A stretch of DNA of 64,000 nucleotides, taken from positions 44,761 through 108,760 of the forward strand of contig JBBSYE010000007.1 in NCBI GenBank assembly GCA_038045385.1. The letters are read 5' to 3'. The notes beneath the pieces were generated by a model that saw nothing but the letters and a program-made list of their open reading frames with translations, was not told the DNA's origin and made no database searches. The DNA is from Nanobdellota archaeon (lineage in GTDB: Archaea > Nanobdellota > Nanobdellia > Pacearchaeales > GW2011-AR1). The position numbers and the translations under genes were made by a program. Shown here piece by piece: positions 58,573 to 64,000 of the stretch; position 1 is the first letter of the stretch, and each line of letters begins with the position of its first letter.

Positions 58573-59270
58573 CTCCCAAACATCCTATTAAGCATATTTA
58601 TTTTTCCAGGAAATTTAGCTCGCAAGTAAAACCCATACACAACGCCAACTAGCAAACCGCCAAAATGAGCACTATTTCCAACAGGTAAAGAAGCCGCAGC
58701 AGATAATGCCCACAATCCAAACATAAGAACAACCATCGCCATCCAGAGCCTCATAGGTATAACAAAGAATACCAATACCTTCATTCTAGGCATTAAAACC
58801 GCCAGCAAGCCACCAAGGCCGAATATGGCACCACTTGCTCCAACCGCGGAGATAGCAAGATTCCCAAAAAGAGCTTCAGTTGACGGCACGCCACTACCAA
58901 CAGCTGCAAGAAATACATAAAACAAACCAGCAATTATCCCAGCGCTAATGTAAAAAACAAGGTATCGCCTCTTTCCGATTAACCTTTCAACAAAACTCCC
59001 CAAGAATAATAAAGAAATCATATTCACAAGTAAATGCGTAAAATTAACATGCATGAACATACTTGTAAGAACAGTCCAAAAATATCCATCAAAAAACAAT
59101 AAAGGATTAAGCACAAGAAAACCACTCAAACGAGCAAAAAAATCAGGATTTCCAGAAACATTAAAAAAAACTCCCACAAGCGAAAATACCAAAAACACAA
59201 TAACATTAATAGCAATTATTGAAGCAGTAACTCCCACGCCAGATAGAACGCCTCTTTTTTGAAGACTCAT
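58569..59270 (-). CDS. Rhomboid intramembrane serine protease
   Basis: SMFMH..HLLVNM, GASGAIFG, AHFGG. Confidence 0.93.
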   Translation of the reverse strand: MSLQKRGVLSGVGVTASIIAINVIVFLVFSLVGVFFNVSGNPDFFARLSGFLVLNPLLFFDGYFWTVLTSMFMHVNFTHLLVNMISLLFLGSFVERLIGKRRYLVFYISAGIIAGLFYVFLAAVGSGVPSTEALFGNLAISAVGASGAIFGLGGLLAVLMPRMKVLVFFVIPMRLWMAMVVLMFGLWALSAAASLPVGNSAHFGGLLVGVVYGFYLRAKFPGKINMLNRMFGR

Positions 59271-59947
59271 TTCTTCTTTGCTTTCCCCTTTGACTTCTTA
59301 ACAGGCTTCTTTATGGTTTTTGCCAATAACAACTTCTTAGCTTTCATTTTTGCAGATCTCTCAGCTTTCGCCTTAACAGCAGCTCTTTTAGAAGCTCTTG
59401 CCCTCAAAGAAGCATTCTTCCCACTTACCTCTCCAAATTCAGAACTAACAATCTCCAACTGACTTCTAGCCTTGATAATTTGCCTTTCAAGATCAGCAAT
59501 TAATTCTGCCGGTTCTCTTAACTGCAAAACTTCTCCGCATTCTGGACAAGCAAAATTAGCCAATAATGCCTGCTCTTCATTCATCTCAACATCGCAATTC
59601 ACACAATGATAATGCCTCTCCGAAGTTCTAATTTTCAGCTGATTTTCAAGCTCCGCAATATTTTTTCCAATAGTTCTTTTTAGGCTTGCAAAAGATTTCT
59701 CAACATCAAGAGTCCAATAATAAGTATACCATCCGCCATTCTTTCTATCTTTCTTTCCTACAAAGCTAACAAGCCCCTCATCAGCAAGTTTGTAGAGTAT
59801 ATTTCTGGTCTGATTAATATTCAAACCAAGTTTTTTAGCGATAATAAATTCGTTAACATTCTTTTTTCCATAAAGAAGATCTATTATCGGACTTGCAGTT
59901 GGGTTAGCTATAACGCCCACAAGATCCTTCAAAAGCTTAATTTGCAT
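59267..59947 (-). CDS. tfe: Transcription factor E alpha with Lys/Ala-rich tail
   Basis: INQTRNILYKL, GWYTYYW, CVNC..FACPECG. Confidence 0.9.
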   Translation of the reverse strand: MQIKLLKDLVGVIANPTASPIIDLLYGKKNVNEFIIAKKLGLNINQTRNILYKLADEGLVSFVGKKDRKNGGWYTYYWTLDVEKSFASLKRTIGKNIAELENQLKIRTSERHYHCVNCDVEMNEEQALLANFACPECGEVLQLREPAELIADLERQIIKARSQLEIVSSEFGEVSGKNASLRARASKRAAVKAKAERSAKMKAKKLLLAKTIKKPVKKSKGKAKKK

Positions 59948-60048
59948 ATAGCGTGCTGAAAAGCACTGAATAAAAAACTTTCTAATTTTTTGTTACTATT
60001 TAATAATGTAGATAAACCTATAAAAACACTCTTTAAAATTTAAGATAT

Positions 60049-60582
60049 ATGTTCTGGGATAAAAAGAAAAAAGATAATCTGCTACCTGATTTGCCTCCAA
60101 GTTCAAGGCCAACTCTTCCTACACAGAGAAGATTGCCTGATTTACCATCTTATGATTTGGAAAAAAGCGAAACTCATCAGCTACCTTCCTTCCCAGATTC
60201 TCCAATGAAAAAGGGCTTCAGTCAAGCGGCAATAAAAGAGGCAGTCTATGGCGAAAACAATCAAGAAGAAGAATCAGAAAGGGAAGAGTATCATCCGATT
60301 GAGATAACCCAAGTAGAAAAACAAATGATGCAAATGACGCCCATAAGAAGAGCGCAAGAAGTCAAGCCAGTTTATGTCCGCTTAGATAAATTCCAAGGAG
60401 CAAAAAAGATGCTTGAAGAAATGAGTGCAATGATATCAGAATCAGAGTTACTATTAAAAAAAATAAGAGAAGTGAAAATGCGTGAAGAGCAAGAATTAAG
60501 CGCTTGGGAAAAAGAAATGCAAGTTTTACGTGCAAGAATAAATAACATCTCAACAGACATATTTGAAAGAACTGAAGAATAA
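60049..60582 (+). CDS. Hypothetical protein, Pro-rich N-terminus and C-terminal coiled coil
   Basis: LPDLPP repeats; PVYVRLDKF..EEQELSAWE. Confidence 0.7.
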   Translation: MFWDKKKKDNLLPDLPPSSRPTLPTQRRLPDLPSYDLEKSETHQLPSFPDSPMKKGFSQAAIKEAVYGENNQEEESEREEYHPIEITQVEKQMMQMTPIRRAQEVKPVYVRLDKFQGAKKMLEEMSAMISESELLLKKIREVKMREEQELSAWEKEMQVLRARINNISTDIFERTEE

Positions 60583-60896
60583 TGGAATACTTAAAAATAA
60601 ACTATGCAGAAAGCATAAATGGGAAGAAACAACTTTTACAATCAGAGATTTCCCTTCTTGAAGCCCTAAAAAGAGCAAAAAACTATCAGACTTTAAGAAC
60701 TGAAGAATTCCAACTCAAAGAACTTTTAAGACAAAAATTAAATCTAATTCATTCTAGAATAAACGACATAATGCCCACTATCCCCGCAATGAAAGAAAAG
60801 AAAGAAAATCCAAGTTCAAGCTTTGTAAAGAAAAGAAAAGACATCGAATTAGAGATAGAATCATTAAAAGAAAGACTATCCCTTCTGTCAAGTTAG
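60582..60896 (+). CDS. Hypothetical coiled-coil protein
   Basis: Coupled to the upstream gene. Confidence 0.7.
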   Translation: MEYLKINYAESINGKKQLLQSEISLLEALKRAKNYQTLRTEEFQLKELLRQKLNLIHSRINDIMPTIPAMKEKKENPSSSFVKKRKDIELEIESLKERLSLLSS

Positions 60897-60925
60897 ATTT
60901 TTAAACCTCCGCTCAATAAAGCATC

Positions 60926-62716
60926 ATGGTTAAAAGAGAAGAGCTCATAGAATCATATATAAAATTCTTTACCTCTAAAAATCATAAACTCATTCCCTCA
61001 AGTTCTCTAGTTCCTGCTAACGATCCTAGTGTTTTATTTACAACAGCAGGCATGCATCCCCTAGTCCCCTATCTTTTAGGCCAAAAACACCCTCTAGGAA
61101 AAAGACTTGTAAGCGTTCAAAAATGCATCCGCACAGGTGACATTGAAGAAGTTGGCGATGCCACACACCATACATTCTTTGAAATGCTCGGCAATTGGTC
61201 ATTGGGCGATTATTGGAAAAAAGAATCTATCCAGTATAGTTTTGATTTTCTAACAAAAATTCTAAAAATTCCAAAAGATAAGCTAGCAGTTTCCGTATTT
61301 GCAGGAGACTCTAATGCATCATTTGACAATGAATCAAAGGAAATTTGGCGTTCATTAAAAATTCCAGAAAGCCGTATTCTCCATTTGGGTGCAGATGGTA
61401 ACTGGTGGGGCCCTGCAGGAGCGACTGGCCCATGTGGTCCCGATACGGAAATATTTTATTGGGCTGGTAAAGGCAAAGCGCCAGAAGATTTTAACCCAAA
61501 CGACTCAACAAAAGCTAGTGATGGAAAAGATTGGGTGGAAATCTGGAACAACGTCTTCATGGAATATGAAAAAATCTCAAACGGGCAATATCATCAAGCC
61601 AACCAGAAGAACGTAGATACGGGCATGGGCGTCGAACGCACTCTCGCAGCACTAAACGGCCTCGATGATAATTATCTAACAAATACTTTCCTTCCTATTA
61701 TAGAAGAAATAGAGAAATTGACTAATGTAAAATACACCAAAGATGTGCAAAGAGTATTCAGGATAATGGCTGATCACATCAAAGCTTCTGTTTTCATAAC
61801 TGCAGATGGAATAACTCCAAGCAACACAAAACAAGGATACGTTTTGAGAAGATTAATTAGACGTGTAGTAATGCATGGCCATAGATTCAACTTAAAAGAA
61901 TTCACAACAAAAATTGCAGAACCTGTCTTTAAAATATATCAAAAAGACTATCCTGAATTAAAAGAAAATAAAGAGAAGATTCTAAAGATATTGCACACAG
62001 AAGAAATAGAATTTAATAAAACACTAGAAAAAGGATTAATGATATTTAGAAATAAAGTAAAAGATAAGCAAGGAATGTTATCGGGCAAAGAAGCATTTCT
62101 TCTCTATCAATCATACGGATTCCCAATAGAATTAATAAAAGAAGAGTGTAAAAATAGGGGTCTTTTTGTAGACGAATTTGATTTTGAAGAAGAATACAGA
62201 AAACATAAAGAGCTTTCTAGAACAGCTTCAGCAGGAATGTTCAAATCAGGCCTAGCAGACAACTCCGAACAAACTACAAAACTACACACCGCAACTCATC
62301 TTCTAAATCAAGCACTTCGTCAAGTCTTAGGAGAAGAGGTAAAACAAAAAGGCTCAAACATAACTCCAGAAAGATTACGCTTTGACTTCAACTTCCAACG
62401 CAAACTCACAACAGAAGAAATAAAGCAAATTCAAGATTTAGTTAATGAAAAAATAAAAGAACATCTTGAAGTCGAAAGAAAAGAGGAAAAATATTCTCAA
62501 GCAATAGCAGAAGAAGCTCAAGCCGAATTCGGCCATAAATATCCTACTCAAGTCAGCGTCTACACAATTAAAGATAAAAGCAAGAAAGGCTGGTTCAGCA
62601 AAGAAATTTGCACAGGCCCTCATGTGAAAAATACAAAAGAAATAGGCCAGTTCAAAATAATAAAAGAAGAATCAGTCTCTGCGGGCGTAAGAAGAATAAA
62701 AGCAACAGTCAGTTAG
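60926..62716 (+). CDS. alaS: Alanyl-tRNA synthetase, short form without C-Ala domain
   Basis: LFTTAGM, HHTFFEMLGNWS, DTGMGVER, HTATH, EICTGPH. Confidence 0.95.
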   Translation: MVKREELIESYIKFFTSKNHKLIPSSSLVPANDPSVLFTTAGMHPLVPYLLGQKHPLGKRLVSVQKCIRTGDIEEVGDATHHTFFEMLGNWSLGDYWKKESIQYSFDFLTKILKIPKDKLAVSVFAGDSNASFDNESKEIWRSLKIPESRILHLGADGNWWGPAGATGPCGPDTEIFYWAGKGKAPEDFNPNDSTKASDGKDWVEIWNNVFMEYEKISNGQYHQANQKNVDTGMGVERTLAALNGLDDNYLTNTFLPIIEEIEKLTNVKYTKDVQRVFRIMADHIKASVFITADGITPSNTKQGYVLRRLIRRVVMHGHRFNLKEFTTKIAEPVFKIYQKDYPELKENKEKILKILHTEEIEFNKTLEKGLMIFRNKVKDKQGMLSGKEAFLLYQSYGFPIELIKEECKNRGLFVDEFDFEEEYRKHKELSRTASAGMFKSGLADNSEQTTKLHTATHLLNQALRQVLGEEVKQKGSNITPERLRFDFNFQRKLTTEEIKQIQDLVNEKIKEHLEVERKEEKYSQAIAEEAQAEFGHKYPTQVSVYTIKDKSKKGWFSKEICTGPHVKNTKEIGQFKIIKEESVSAGVRRIKATVS

Positions 62717-63672
62717 AACGGCGCTTCCTCGTATAAGGTTCCTTTCACACTTTCCTCAACTTCCAGTCTATCGCTAGAGCCTTCAGAAGAAAGCATTCCT
62801 TCTAAGAATTTAGATCTTGCTAAATCATGATCTTTGTAACAAATTGAAACTATCGGTAAAGAAGAAACTCTTGACACATAACCTCTTGCAGTTCCGTTTA
62901 AACGAGCAATTTCCAATTCAGGCAGAGAATAAACTCTAACCTCTTTAGAAGTAATCTCACGCCTTATAGTTAAATCCCCAACATCTAGTCCAATGCAGTC
63001 AACAATTTTCTCCGGCTCCTCAAATAATCCATTCAAAAAACTTGGAGTCAGTCTACTAGAATTCCTATAAGAAGAAGCCTCTGCCCTAGTAACAAGCTTT
63101 CGCCCATTATACTCTGCCTTCTGCTCAAGAGCTCGCGAAGTTAAATCTTTTAGCAATAAATAATCCAAGCGCAAACTATAACCCAAATTTCCAGCAAGCG
63201 ACTTATGCAATTCTCTTTCAGGACCTTTAAAAGAGCGAATATTTTTAAGCCTGTGTTTGTAAATTTCAAAAATTAATCTATAATCCGGATGTCTCAGCTG
63301 ACAGGAATCATAATTTCCAACTTGCTCATCACGCAAAATCATCTCTTTAGCATAAGAACAACCCTTACACTCTCTAGCAACTTTTCCAGGAACATCAACA
63401 ATATCCACTCTTGGAAAAGAACTGATAAAAGAATCTGAAGATAAAAACGGAGAAACGCTATCAACAAGATTGCCTCCATAAATTCCCGTAGATAGCAACT
63501 CAAAAAATAAACCTATATGTGAAGAACTAACATCATTACCGAACATATTCCACAAAGCTAACTGATCATCGCCCGGCCGATAAATCTTAGCTTTTTGTGG
63601 CTCAAGTTTAGCAAAATCATTATCCCCAAGAACTTTATCTATCAGCCCCCTAAACTTCTCGCCCCTTTCCAT
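62713..63672 (-). CDS. Hypothetical protein, possible divergent PD-(D/E)XK fold
   Basis: RVDIVD...ARECKG; weak. Confidence 0.55.
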   Translation of the reverse strand: MERGEKFRGLIDKVLGDNDFAKLEPQKAKIYRPGDDQLALWNMFGNDVSSSHIGLFFELLSTGIYGGNLVDSVSPFLSSDSFISSFPRVDIVDVPGKVARECKGCSYAKEMILRDEQVGNYDSCQLRHPDYRLIFEIYKHRLKNIRSFKGPERELHKSLAGNLGYSLRLDYLLLKDLTSRALEQKAEYNGRKLVTRAEASSYRNSSRLTPSFLNGLFEEPEKIVDCIGLDVGDLTIRREITSKEVRVYSLPELEIARLNGTARGYVSRVSSLPIVSICYKDHDLARSKFLEGMLSSEGSSDRLEVEESVKGTLYEEAPF

Positions 63673-63719
63673 AAATTGCTCTAAAGAGACTTATTTAAAA
63701 ATACTACTATAATAAAAAA

Positions 63720-63947
63720 TTATCTATCAGATATATATCCGCATACAATATGTTCTAAACTTTCTCTATCTCTACTATTAAGCCCTTTAAAGAATGAGCA
63801 ATATTTTCCAAAAAGTTCAATCTGCCTATTTCCACCAGTGTGAACTGCATCAAGATAAAGCTCTACAGCTTCCAAAGCTAATTCTCTAATATTTCTCCCA
63901 TCAGCAGTGCAAGTATTAAAATTATAACTCATAACAAAAAGAAACAA
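63720..63947 (-). CDS. Hypothetical protein
   Basis: ORF with TTTAAA upstream. Confidence 0.45.
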   Translation of the reverse strand: MFLFVMSYNFNTCTADGRNIRELALEAVELYLDAVHTGGNRQIELFGKYCSFFKGLNSRDRESLEHIVCGYISDR

Positions 63948-64000
63948 GGCTAGTTTAAAATCTTATCCAAAAAAGAAAAATAACATTATTACAACTGCCA

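Noticed and set aside
60926-62716. Short AlaRS as pseudogene or split gene
   Set aside because: Catalytic and editing motifs intact in one ORF; C-Ala-less forms are known in reduced genomes
1-64000. CRISPR array, rRNA, transposase or integrase
   Set aside because: No regularly spaced repeats, rRNA-like segment or recombinase motifs seen
1-64000. Many short antisense or alternate-frame ORFs in the track (e.g. 741..977, 11701..12057, 29799..30131, 53978..54418)
   Set aside because: Shadows of well-supported genes; no motifs

Overview
AT-rich, gene-dense window from an archaeal chromosome, most likely a DPANN/Nanobdellota lineage (Pacearchaeota/Woesearchaeota-like). This is inferred from archaeal information-processing genes (MCM, aIF-2beta, aIF-1A, TBP, TFE, Rpo11, RadB, GatDE, intron-containing tRNAs), almost no biosynthetic genes, and TATA boxes about 20-28 nt before many start codons. 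Housekeeping genes (tRNA synthetases, GatCAB/GatDE, ftsZ, ligase, dhs) are interspersed with orphans. Main finds: (1) three sigma-70-family genes flanking ftsZ, two complete ECF-type and one region-4 protein, each with an archaeal TATA-like box, in a genome that also encodes TBP/TFE; (2) two tandem, uncalled 13- and 17-aa Lys-rich micro-ORFs, each with its own TATA box and GAGGTG ribosome-binding site; (3) an uncalled 57-aa CC1/Cren7-like chromatin protein gene; (4) other bacterial-type proteins (orphan HPr, degenerate M23, Fic, PP2C, MnmA, queuine-type TGT). All calls come from reading motifs; no database searches were run.
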